From a virus (lineage: Duplodnaviria; Caudoviricetes): a stretch of DNA of 64,000 nucleotides. The position numbers and the translations under genes are program-made. Below the pieces are notes generated by a model. It had not been told where the DNA came from. It made no database searches and saw nothing but the letters and a program-made list of their open reading frames with translations. The stretch spans positions 1,009 to 65,008 of the IMG/VR virus record IMGVR_UViG_3300031949_000028; one strand, 5' to 3'. Positions within the stretch are counted from its first letter, which is position 1, and every line of letters starts with the position of its first letter. Positions 30,015-38,089 of this stretch are shown here, piece by piece.

Positions 30015-31096
30015 AGCGGCTCGTACTAGTCGCGCTTGCGTGTATCGCAATGCTGCCTGTACTTGCCGACACCTACAAAGGTGACTTCTTACTCGGCGAC
30101 ACGGTGCGCAAGGTTTACAGCCTTTCGACCACGGCCGGTGCGGACGTAGAGCGAACCGTTGCCGGAACAGCCTCATGCGTCGAGGACGGAGGAACGACTG
30201 AGATAACGGCTGGAGTTACAGACACCGGCACGACTGAGTTCGATGGCGTCGTCGGTAAAAACTTGCTAACGATCGTAGCTACAGCTGCGAATGGATTCGA
30301 GGCCAGCAAGGATTACGACTGTGGCGTACGGGCTTCTACGTTGAATGGCGTCACTGCGTCGTACGAAGTCGTCTCGTTCTCAATCGAGAACCGTTCTGAT
30401 AGCAGGGGCCGAATTCTCGCGCGCGACACTGCGAACACTGGCAGCACAGTGAGCGTCGTGAACGTCGATACCGCCGGCACGATCACGAGCACGAACCAGT
30501 ACATCGTGAACCGTCTGTGGAACGCGACGGCAGGATGGGACCGCGCTATCACCGCGACCACAACCGGCTCGCCCGACACGATCACGATCTATCCAGACTC
30601 GCCGAGCGCAACCGCCGACAATGACGTGCTGTACATCACGCGCGACATCATCTATCCGATCTCGCTAGACGGCACGGATGTTAACGTCACTAGCTTTGGT
30701 CCGACTCCGGTCACAGTCACTCAGCAGATGGCAGCGAACATTGTTACGCATTACGACAACAATAATACTGCGATCAGTTCAGCGACTGATTTATTGGGGG
30801 TTATCGGGACAAACGTCGCTGCGGCAGCTAACGGTGTGGTGAATGGAGGGGAAAACCTCACGGCATTGTTGCTAGATAACCAAATAGTCGAAGATGCCGG
30901 ATCGACGGACATCACTGCTCGTGGTGCGTTGTCTTTGTTGTTGTCGGAACGACTGGGCGCTTGCGACTTCACGGCTGGATCTCCGGATACCTGGGTCTGC
31001 GAAGACCCAAGCGGAACTGTGACGCGATTCACCATGACGTATGGAACCGATAACGGTGATCGGAGCGTTCCAACACTCGTTCCAGATGCACCTTAA
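30011..31096 (+). CDS. secreted Thr-rich protein (module B1)
   Basis: ATGA overlap; signal MKRLVLVALACIAMLPVLA; YKGDF..GDTV domain. Confidence 0.7.
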   Translation: MKRLVLVALACIAMLPVLADTYKGDFLLGDTVRKVYSLSTTAGADVERTVAGTASCVEDGGTTEITAGVTDTGTTEFDGVVGKNLLTIVATAANGFEASKDYDCGVRASTLNGVTASYEVVSFSIENRSDSRGRILARDTANTGSTVSVVNVDTAGTITSTNQYIVNRLWNATAGWDRAITATTTGSPDTITIYPDSPSATADNDVLYITRDIIYPISLDGTDVNVTSFGPTPVTVTQQMAANIVTHYDNNNTAISSATDLLGVIGTNVAAAANGVVNGGENLTALLLDNQIVEDAGSTDITARGALSLLLSERLGACDFTAGSPDTWVCEDPSGTVTRFTMTYGTDNGDRSVPTLVPDAP

Positions 31097-31267
31097 ATGC
31101 CCAATCGGCAGGAACCAGGAAAGCAGCAGCCTGATAAGCAAGAGCCTGGCAAACAAAGTCCTGGCTCTGAAACTCAAGCGCAGAATTTTGGGCCGGATGG
31201 TCCGTTTCTAGACTTACTGAGTCCCATACACAGCACGTTGGGGATATTTGTTTCTCTTGGCGAATAA
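31097..31267 (+). CDS. 56-aa peptide with QEPGK repeats
   Basis: TAAATG coupling; MPNRQEPGKQQPDKQEPGKQSPG... Confidence 0.4.
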   Translation: MPNRQEPGKQQPDKQEPGKQSPGSETQAQNFGPDGPFLDLLSPIHSTLGIFVSLGE

Positions 31268-31300
31268 TCTGTCTGCCGTACGAGGCACATAGGGAACATC

Positions 31301-31669
31301 ATGCGAAAGGTTATCTCAATCATTGCGCTGCTCGGATTCTCGTTCGCAGCTCAAGCTGCCTTCGACATCACCGCGACGATGCCGAGCACTCTAGGTGCAA
31401 CGAGCTGCCAGCTATACCTGGATGGTGTTGTGGCTGGGGCTACGAAGCCATGCGATTCGGCGAATCAGTATCCGGCGCTGATCGCTAATCCAGGGTCTTA
31501 CGTGTTCACGTACAAAGCGGTGAACGCAACGGGTGAGAGTGCGTTCTCGCCTGCAACCACGGTCAACATTCAGGTCATACCGCCGCCTGGTGATCCGCTA
31601 TCGGCACCTTCAGTCACGGTCACTTGCAATCCAGCGCCATGCAATGTCGTCGTCACGGTCATGCCCTAG
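31301..31669 (+). CDS. secreted Fn3-like protein
   Basis: signal MRKVISIIALLGFSFAAQA; YVFTYKAVNATGESAFS Fn3 strand; two Cys pairs. Confidence 0.75.
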   Translation: MRKVISIIALLGFSFAAQAAFDITATMPSTLGATSCQLYLDGVVAGATKPCDSANQYPALIANPGSYVFTYKAVNATGESAFSPATTVNIQVIPPPGDPLSAPSVTVTCNPAPCNVVVTVMP

Positions 31670-31982
31670 CTTTCGTGTGCTCGTTGATGCGTACGCGGCG
31701 GAGCTGATTCGTGCAGCTCTTATTGAGCATGGCTCGGTGGCGAAGGCAGCTAAAGCGTTGGGCTTGTGCCGCACTTACTGCTACAAACTTTTGCATCGGT
31801 ACGGCATTCGCTGGTCAAGCGATGCTGAGTTGGACGCCGCCGACGCAGAACACGGACGGAAGCGCGCTCACCGATCTAACGAGCTATCGGGCGTACTGGA
31901 ATTGTGGAAGCGGGACGGGCTATCCGTTCAGCGAGACGTTCGCAGCTCCAGCAACGACTCGCACGATTACCGGGCTACCTGA
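31644..31982 (+). CDS. Fis-type HTH ORF overlapping the next gene
   Basis: ELIRAALIEHGSVAKAAKALGLCRTYCYKLLHRYGI matches the Fis/HTH_8 consensus. Confidence 0.45.
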   Translation: MSSSRSCPSFRVLVDAYAAELIRAALIEHGSVAKAAKALGLCRTYCYKLLHRYGIRWSSDAELDAADAEHGRKRAHRSNELSGVLELWKRDGLSVQRDVRSSSNDSHDYRAT

Positions 31983-32859
31983 TGATGGCGGTACGTGTTA
32001 CTTCGCTCTGTCAGCGATCAACAGTGGCGGAGTTGAGAGTGCTGTTTCAAACGAGGCGAGCAAGCTACTGCCGGTCGTTGCGGTCGGAGACCCGACAGTC
32101 GGTCCGACGATCACGTGGACCGAGAGACTAGCGATGGCTGAGCCGACCTTCGTCGAGTATGACGAGTCAACTTATAGCGACATTGGCCCTACTGACGAAC
32201 TCGCCTCTGCTTCTACGTGGCAGACCGGCGACATTGTTTTAGTTTTTGGTGGTCACAGTACCAACGACGCTGCGAATCAGCTCGGGACTCCGACAGTTAC
32301 GAGCGGAAGTGGGACCGGACTTACGTTCTCCCTGTTGGCAAGCGTCAATAATGCGGCAGGCAGCAATGACACCCAAGTATTTCTCTGGACAGCGACCGCG
32401 GCTGGCAATGGGTCTGGAGCAATTCAATCCGTTACGTCGGCTACAGCTAATGGCCTGCGGTCGGGTATTTCAGTACTCATTTATCGAGGATCTGACGGTT
32501 TAGGGACGCCGGTCACGCTGGACGGCTCGACGGCCAAGACGATATCGGTCACGCGCGCTCAAGCAAATTCGCACGTAGCGCTGATGCTGGCGGATTGGGC
32601 TCAGGTCGGCGATGTCACGGTTACTGCAACTCCGAGCGGAACAGTTAGGCACGCCTCCGCTGAAGCGGGCCAAGCCGATTTCTTTGTCGTTACTTTTGGA
32701 GATCAAGGAGCGACCGGAACCACTTCCTACGGCATCACGGATCACACCGGCACGGTCGATATGTCGGGCATCGCCGTTGAGATCAAGGGCACGGCTGGCG
32801 GCAGTGCGTTTAATCCGGCTCCTGTCGTCAATTACCAGGCCATGATGCGGGCTAACTGA
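31729..32859 (+). CDS. secreted Fn3 plus beta-sandwich protein (module A2)
   Basis: signal MARWRRQLKRWACAALTATNFCIGTAFA; LSWTPPTQNTDGSALTDLTSY Fn3; ends SAFNPA; possible internal start at MAEPTF. Confidence 0.75.
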   Translation: MARWRRQLKRWACAALTATNFCIGTAFAGQAMLSWTPPTQNTDGSALTDLTSYRAYWNCGSGTGYPFSETFAAPATTRTITGLPDDGGTCYFALSAINSGGVESAVSNEASKLLPVVAVGDPTVGPTITWTERLAMAEPTFVEYDESTYSDIGPTDELASASTWQTGDIVLVFGGHSTNDAANQLGTPTVTSGSGTGLTFSLLASVNNAAGSNDTQVFLWTATAAGNGSGAIQSVTSATANGLRSGISVLIYRGSDGLGTPVTLDGSTAKTISVTRAQANSHVALMLADWAQVGDVTVTATPSGTVRHASAEAGQADFFVVTFGDQGATGTTSYGITDHTGTVDMSGIAVEIKGTAGGSAFNPAPVVNYQAMMRAN

Positions 32860-34772
32860 TGTCTAGGACGGTAGCCCAAAACAGTTCGGCCAATGTCGTT
32901 ATAGGCCCGTTGGTAAATGTGTCAGGAGATTTCCTGGCAGGGCTTACGATTGCCAATACTGCAATCGTGCTGGTGAAGGAATCCAGCGTTTCGGCTGCAC
33001 GTGCGGCGACGACTTCGGCGCTTTCGGTGGGACCTGGACTCTACCGTATTGTGCTCGCTACGGCTGATACCGATACGCTTGGTGAGCTCACCGTGTTTGT
33101 CTCAGGTTCGGGGGCCTTGTCATATGCTCGTAACCTCGAGATATGGCAGAGCACGACGTGGAACCTCTATTTCGGTTCTGCCGAGCAAATTCTCACGAGT
33201 GCTGCGGCGAGCGTGTTGGTTTCGGTTCGAGTCAATGTGGCGCTTGGCAATTACGACGTTCCAACATCCGCCGATATCTCGGCCATCGTGGTGGGGGTGC
33301 TCACCAATTACGACGTACCGACTAGCGCTGACATTTCTGTCCTAGTGAGCGTGGGTGTTAACACTGCTCTAGTTAACAGACAGGTTCCGAGCTCTGCTGC
33401 GGTCTCTGCTATTGTTATCCAGGCTCTGACCGATCGCGATGTTCTGACTTCGGCGGCAGCGAGCGTCATGGTGAGCGTTCTGACGAACACGGCGCTGGTG
33501 AACTATGACGTTGCGACGAGTGCGGATGTTTCCGCGATCCTTGCCAATATTGGTGGGGTGAGCTCGGCTGCAGTGTCCGCTATCGTTGCAGGGGCTTTAA
33601 CCAACTACGACGTTGCGACCTCGGCGGATGTGTCGGTGATCGTAGCAAATCTCGGCGGTCTCACCTCCGCTGCGGTTTCTGGCATCGTCGCAGGCGCATT
33701 GACCAATTACGATGTTGCAACCAGTGCTGATGTTTCGGTCATTCTGGCGGCTACTGGCGCGGTGAGCTCGGCTGCGATCTCTGGCATCGTTGCTGGAGCG
33801 TTGACTAACTACGATGTAGCCACTTCTGCCGATGTATCGGTCATCATCGCCGCAGTGGGTGGACCAAGCTCTGCGGCTATTTCCGGAATCGTAGCCGGCG
33901 CCTTGGCGAACTATGACGTACCGACCAGTGCGGGCATATCGGCCATCGGCGTTTTGGTGTTGACCAACTACGACGTTCCAACCAGTGCCGATATCTCTGT
34001 TCTGGTGAGCGTTGTAGTTAACGCCGCGCTCACGAATTTTGGAGTACCTACCTCTGCCGCGATGAGTGCAGCCATGAGCGCGGTCGGAGCGTTGGTACTC
34101 GCAAACTACGATGCTCCGACCTCAGCGGATGTGAGCGCCATCGTTATCGGGGCGTTGACAGGGTATGACGTGCCGACGAGTGCCGATGTTTCGGTGTTGG
34201 TCAGTGTGGGGGTCAATGCTGCTCTAACTAACTTCGGGGTTCCTACTTCTGCCGCGATGTCAGCGGCCATGAGTGCCGTGGGGGCAGGAGTTCTCACTAA
34301 CTATGGGGTTCCGACTAGCGCTGGTGTTTCGGTCCTAATAAGTGTCGGTGTCAACGCTGCGTTGACTAATTACGGGGTGCCGACCTCTGCGGCTATGAGT
34401 GCTGCGGTGAGTGCGGTTATGGTCGGGGTGTTGACCAATTATGACGTGCCTACGTCTGCGGATATTTCTGCGATAGTATCGGCGGTCATGAGTGGGGTGC
34501 TCGCTTCCTACGATGTTGCGACCAGTGCGGATGTCAGCGCGATTGTTGGGCCGGCGGTTTGGAGGGTGGCGGGGACCGAGCCTTCGAGCGCTCCGGAATG
34601 GACTAGCGTGAATCGCGGACAGCTTCAAGACTGGATGGGAGCCCGCAGTTTCAATCGCCACGCGCAAACTGGGTCCGAGATCGAGATATTCAGCTCCGCG
34701 GGGGCGGTGATTGCTTCGGCCTCGATTTCCAACAACTCCGCTTCTGCAGTAAGGGATCAGTTCGTTGGCTAG
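32859..34772 (+). CDS. repeat-rich fibre-like protein (module B2)
   Basis: N-terminal IGPLVN..GLTIANT..GLY..L.TADTDTLGEL domain, then 18 NYDV(P/A)TSA repeats. Confidence 0.8.
   Translation: MSRTVAQNSSANVVIGPLVNVSGDFLAGLTIANTAIVLVKESSVSAARAATTSALSVGPGLYRIVLATADTDTLGELTVFVSGSGALSYARNLEIWQSTTWNLYFGSAEQILTSAAASVLVSVRVNVALGNYDVPTSADISAIVVGVLTNYDVPTSADISVLVSVGVNTALVNRQVPSSAAVSAIVIQALTDRDVLTSAAASVMVSVLTNTALVNYDVATSADVSAILANIGGVSSAAVSAIVAGALTNYDVATSADVSVIVANLGGLTSAAVSGIVAGALTNYDVATSADVSVILAATGAVSSAAISGIVAGALTNYDVATSADVSVIIAAVGGPSSAAISGIVAGALANYDVPTSAGISAIGVLVLTNYDVPTSADISVLVSVVVNAALTNFGVPTSAAMSAAMSAVGALVLANYDAPTSADVSAIVIGALTGYDVPTSADVSVLVSVGVNAALTNFGVPTSAAMSAAMSAVGAGVLTNYGVPTSAGVSVLISVGVNAALTNYGVPTSAAMSAAVSAVMVGVLTNYDVPTSADISAIVSAVMSGVLASYDVATSADVSAIVGPAVWRVAGTEPSSAPEWTSVNRGQLQDWMGARSFNRHAQTGSEIEIFSSAGAVIASASISNNSASAVRDQFVG
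33245..34550 (+). repeat. intragenic tandem repeat, 18 units of 19/23/34 aa
   Basis: core L(T/A)NYDV(P/A)TSA(D/A)(I/V)S; synonymous codons have diverged; boundaries approximate. Confidence 0.85.
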
Positions 34773-35010
34773 TCTACAAGTCCTACTAGGATTCGGATTC
34801 GAGCATCAGGAGCTTGTATTCGGATTCGGGCAGACGGCCGAGGAGCAGTTATGGAACCGCATGGGGCTAATCGGAGGATTGCCTGTAACTGAGGACCCGG
34901 TGGATTTCGATTTCGGCCGGCCGTTTTTGAGTCGATCGGCTCGCACAGCCACTGAAATCGAGCAGCCGAGTCTCATGGCCTCCAGGGTTATATCGAGATC
35001 CACGCTGTGA
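34765..35010 (+). CDS. hypothetical protein
   Basis: coupled ORF. Confidence 0.5.
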   Translation: MASLQVLLGFGFEHQELVFGFGQTAEEQLWNRMGLIGGLPVTEDPVDFDFGRPFLSRSARTATEIEQPSLMASRVISRSTL

Positions 35011-35339
35011 GCAATCCGCGCAAAGGGTCCTACGGATACACCATTCGTATCCTGACCGGGATCGACATGAACGACTTTGAGAATATCGCTCTCAGAGCCT
35101 CGGCTTCGAGCAACGGGGGGTTTAATCTCTATCGCTCGGCCTCTACACTCTTTGTCGGCAACTCGACGGTGTATTCGAGCACCGAGGGGCTTACGTTCCC
35201 GAGTGCTCGATGGGTGTACGGGCAGAACCTCACGGCGAATGCTTTCAACACTGCGGATGATTATTCGATGTGGATCGTAGCGGACTCGACCGGGGAGCAT
35301 TTCATCAGCCCCGTGGTGGTCATTACAGTGGACCCATGA
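35007..35339 (+). CDS. small beta-rich structural-type protein
   Basis: coupled ORF, beta-strand pattern. Confidence 0.55.
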   Translation: MSNPRKGSYGYTIRILTGIDMNDFENIALRASASSNGGFNLYRSASTLFVGNSTVYSSTEGLTFPSARWVYGQNLTANAFNTADDYSMWIVADSTGEHFISPVVVITVDP

Positions 35340-35887
35340 GCTATCCCGTCAGGTTCGATTGGCCGGCGATTAGGGCTTTGTACGAAGCCGGGGAGAGTCC
35401 GGCGCACATCGAGCAGCGGCCCGGTATGCCGACACGACAGGCCATACACGGGCGGATTAAGAAAGAGGGTTGGATCGTCATCGGCAAGCCTGACGAGTCA
35501 ATGAAGCTCATTGATTTCGAGGGGCTATCCGTTGAGCAGCAGCTAGTGATCCAGGAAGTGAGCCAAGGGGCTACTCAGAGACAGGCTGCAGCGATTGCCG
35601 GGGTGCATGAGTCTACGGTCTCAGATTGGAAGGCCGAGAACCCACGATTCGCCAAGGCGATGGCGGCGGGTAAGGCCGTGAAGGTTCGGCGACGAATCGG
35701 TAAGATCGAGGAATCAACGGACTGGCACTCGCAGGCTTGGCTGACAGAACGCGATCAGGACTCTAGAGCCGAATATGCTCCTCCGGCTTCCTCGCGCGGG
35801 ACGTTCACCGGGAACACTTTCAACGTGTTGGGACATGTGAGTCTCGGGATCGAGCGCGACGAGATCCCTGCGTTACCGGCCGAGTAG
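35336..35887 (+). CDS. putative terminase small subunit (HTH)
   Basis: ATG at 35336; DWPAIRALYEAG, TQRQAAAIAGVHESTVSDWK, DWHSQAWLTER. Confidence 0.6.
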   Translation: MSYPVRFDWPAIRALYEAGESPAHIEQRPGMPTRQAIHGRIKKEGWIVIGKPDESMKLIDFEGLSVEQQLVIQEVSQGATQRQAAAIAGVHESTVSDWKAENPRFAKAMAAGKAVKVRRRIGKIEESTDWHSQAWLTERDQDSRAEYAPPASSRGTFTGNTFNVLGHVSLGIERDEIPALPAE

Positions 35888-35894
35888 GTAGATC

Positions 35895-36170
35895 ATGAGC
35901 GACCTCGAACGCTTAGCGTCTAAGCGCCTGGACAAGACTCCGAGCAACCTCAAGGTCAAGCCCGTAGACCTGTTACGCGCTGCAGCTCACGACATCGAGG
36001 CAGGAACGATCAAGTGTGACGCCGTACTCGTTCTATTCGCCCACTGCCCAGAAGCAGCCGAGGAACCGTGGATCTTCGATACCTATAGAGCAGGTATGGC
36101 AAGGGATCGTGAGGTCGTGCTCCTTACCCTGGCCCTAGAACGTACTGTGCGCCAATGGCGCGAGGGATAG
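35895..36170 (+). CDS. hypothetical protein
   Basis: ORF with SD. Confidence 0.55.
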   Translation: MSDLERLASKRLDKTPSNLKVKPVDLLRAAAHDIEAGTIKCDAVLVLFAHCPEAAEEPWIFDTYRAGMARDREVVLLTLALERTVRQWREG

Positions 36171-36349
36171 ACTCTCGCAAGCTAATCACGGTCATGATCC
36201 TTGCGGTCGTAGGCTCATTGTTCCTGCCGAGGCCAGGAGGCTGGCTCTGGGGGCTCTGGGTCGCAGACATGAGCATATTCACGGTGCTCGTGCTCTGGAT
36301 CATGCTTAGGAAGGCGATCAAGTACTTGCCTGTCAGGCGCAATGAGTGA
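36155..36349 (+). CDS. two-TM membrane protein
   Basis: two hydrophobic helices. Confidence 0.5.
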   Translation: MARGIDSRKLITVMILAVVGSLFLPRPGGWLWGLWVADMSIFTVLVLWIMLRKAIKYLPVRRNE

Positions 36350-36703
36350 AAGAGCGTGTCGCAAGGGCTGTAGCATGCGATCTCTTACCGCTCAGCCACT
36401 GTGCTCCACGCTGTGAACGGTCAAGGGATTAGCCGTATTGAGGCTAATTCAGGTGCCTACACGAGCTCGAGCTGCCAAGCGCTTGAAGCCTTGAGCACTA
36501 GCAATGGCGCGGTCTGTAGGGTATGTGTAGTGCTCTATGGTAGCGGTCTATGACAGAGCCGAGCGGCTGGGTAGGCATTGGATAGCGATTCGGGGCCGGT
36601 TTGATTCCAATCCGATCCGCAGGGGCCCAACCTAGCGGTGGAACAAGTACCTGCATGCTCTTGCCCTCGCGTTCGCACCAAAAAAAGTAAAAAGCTGGTT
36701 GTC

Positions 36704-36752
36704 TTGTAACCGTTCACGTTGTAACCGGTAACGCACCGTGTTACCGTTCACG
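36704..36752. repeat. three 15-bp direct repeats with an embedded inverted repeat
   Basis: TTGTAACCGTTCACG (36704), TTGTAACCGGTAACG (36719), GTGTTACCGTTCACG (36738); CGGTAAC-7-GTTACCG. Confidence 0.7.
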
Positions 36753-36754
36753 CT

Positions 36755-36997
36755 ATGGGTGAGGTGTATTGCAGCCGTTGCAGGAAGCTGGGGCACTTAG
36801 CGGCGAAGTGTCCTGGAGCGGCGCCGAAGCCCAAGGTCTTGAGGCAACCGCTGCTGAAGCAGTCCGTGACTCCGAAGCGTCCGAAGGTATCGGATGACAA
36901 TGAAGCCTGTCCGACGTGTGGCGCGAATTTAGCTGCGAGGCGTCGAGAGAGGGAGCGGCGGCGGGAGTACATGAAGAAGCGGAGGGCCGCGAAGTGA
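36755..36997 (+). CDS. CCHC zinc-knuckle protein
   Basis: CSRCRKLGHLAAKC = CX2CX4HX4C; CPTC; Arg-rich tail. Confidence 0.6.
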   Translation: MGEVYCSRCRKLGHLAAKCPGAAPKPKVLRQPLLKQSVTPKRPKVSDDNEACPTCGANLAARRRERERRREYMKKRRAAK

Positions 36998-37656
36998 GCG
37001 CCAAGTACGTCGCCTACTACCGTGTTTCGACGCAGAGGCAGGGTGTGAGTGGGTTGGGGTTAGAGGCTCAGCGTGCGGCGGTAGGGGCGTACACCGGCTC
37101 GGTATTGGGTGAGTATGTGGAGGTCGAGTCTGGGAGGCGGCACGACAACCGGCCGGAGCTCGACAGGGCTTTAGCGCATTGTAGAAGTGCGCAGGCGGTG
37201 TTGTTGATCGCGAAGTTGGACAGGTTGTCGAGGAACGTCGCTTTCTTGGCTTCTCTGATGGAGTCTGGGGTTGAGATCATGGCCTGTGACATGCCCCAAG
37301 CGAACCGGTTCACGTTACACGTTTTAGCCGCGGTGGCGGAGCAGGAGTCAAGAATGATCTCCGATCGGACTCGTGCGGCGATCAAGGCGCGCTTGGCGAG
37401 AGGAAAGCCGTGGGATCACGTCGTGCCTCCGCGTGGGACGCCCGAGAGGGCTCTGAAAGCGAGGGCAGCGAGGGCAAGACAGTTAGAGGCGCGGAAGGCT
37501 GATTTCGCTCCGGTGGTCAGTGGAATCAAGGAGCGTGGTGTTCGGTCGATGCGCGGGATTGCCGAGGAGCTGAACCGGATGGGGTATGTGGGGTTGCAGG
37601 GGGGCAAGTTTCATGCCTCTTCGGTGCGGGGGTTACTTTTGGACGGAAATTCTTGA
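36994..37656 (+). CDS. small serine recombinase (resolvase/invertase family)
   Basis: GTG at 36994; YVAYYRVSTQRQ, VEVESG, RPELDRAL, IAKLDRLSRN. Confidence 0.92.
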   Translation: MSAKYVAYYRVSTQRQGVSGLGLEAQRAAVGAYTGSVLGEYVEVESGRRHDNRPELDRALAHCRSAQAVLLIAKLDRLSRNVAFLASLMESGVEIMACDMPQANRFTLHVLAAVAEQESRMISDRTRAAIKARLARGKPWDHVVPPRGTPERALKARAARARQLEARKADFAPVVSGIKERGVRSMRGIAEELNRMGYVGLQGGKFHASSVRGLLLDGNS

Positions 37657-37684
37657 TTTGAGTTTTTGAACATTGGAGGAGCCA

Positions 37685-38089
37685 ATGAACATTAAGAGAT
37701 TCTTTCAAAGAACGATTGAGCCAAAGCACGTCATTCGTCAGGGCGATGTGTTGCTGGTCGAAGTGACGGATGACAGCGAGCGAAGCGTAGCCAATGCCAA
37801 AGGCCGCACTATCGACGGACTAGTACTCGCTTACGGCGAAGTGACTGGGCACGCGCACCGACTGAGCGCTCCCGTCGAGTTGCTCACCGCTCATGACGAC
37901 GCGGAGCTCAAGGACTTCGCGAACCGCGGCGGGGCGTCGCTACGCATCGTCTCGCGCAACGACGACGTGATCCTACGCCACGAGGAACACGCGCCATTGA
38001 TCTTGAAGAAAGGCAAGGTCTATGAGATTCGCCGACAGCGCGAGTACGACGCGACGACCGAGGCGAAAGAACGGCCGGTGTTCGACTGA
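37685..38089 (+). CDS. RQGDV-motif protein (partner of the DUF6745-like gene)
   Basis: IRQGDVLL..LAYGEVTGHAH..RHEEHAPL.L..G.VYEIRRQREY. Confidence 0.75.
   Translation: MNIKRFFQRTIEPKHVIRQGDVLLVEVTDDSERSVANAKGRTIDGLVLAYGEVTGHAHRLSAPVELLTAHDDAELKDFANRGGASLRIVSRNDDVILRHEEHAPLILKKGKVYEIRRQREYDATTEAKERPVFD

Noticed and set aside
33245-34550. Regularly spaced repeats resembling a CRISPR array or DGR template
   Set aside because: They are in-frame protein repeats with synonymous divergence. No constant DNA repeat with unique spacers, no cas genes and no reverse transcriptase in the window.
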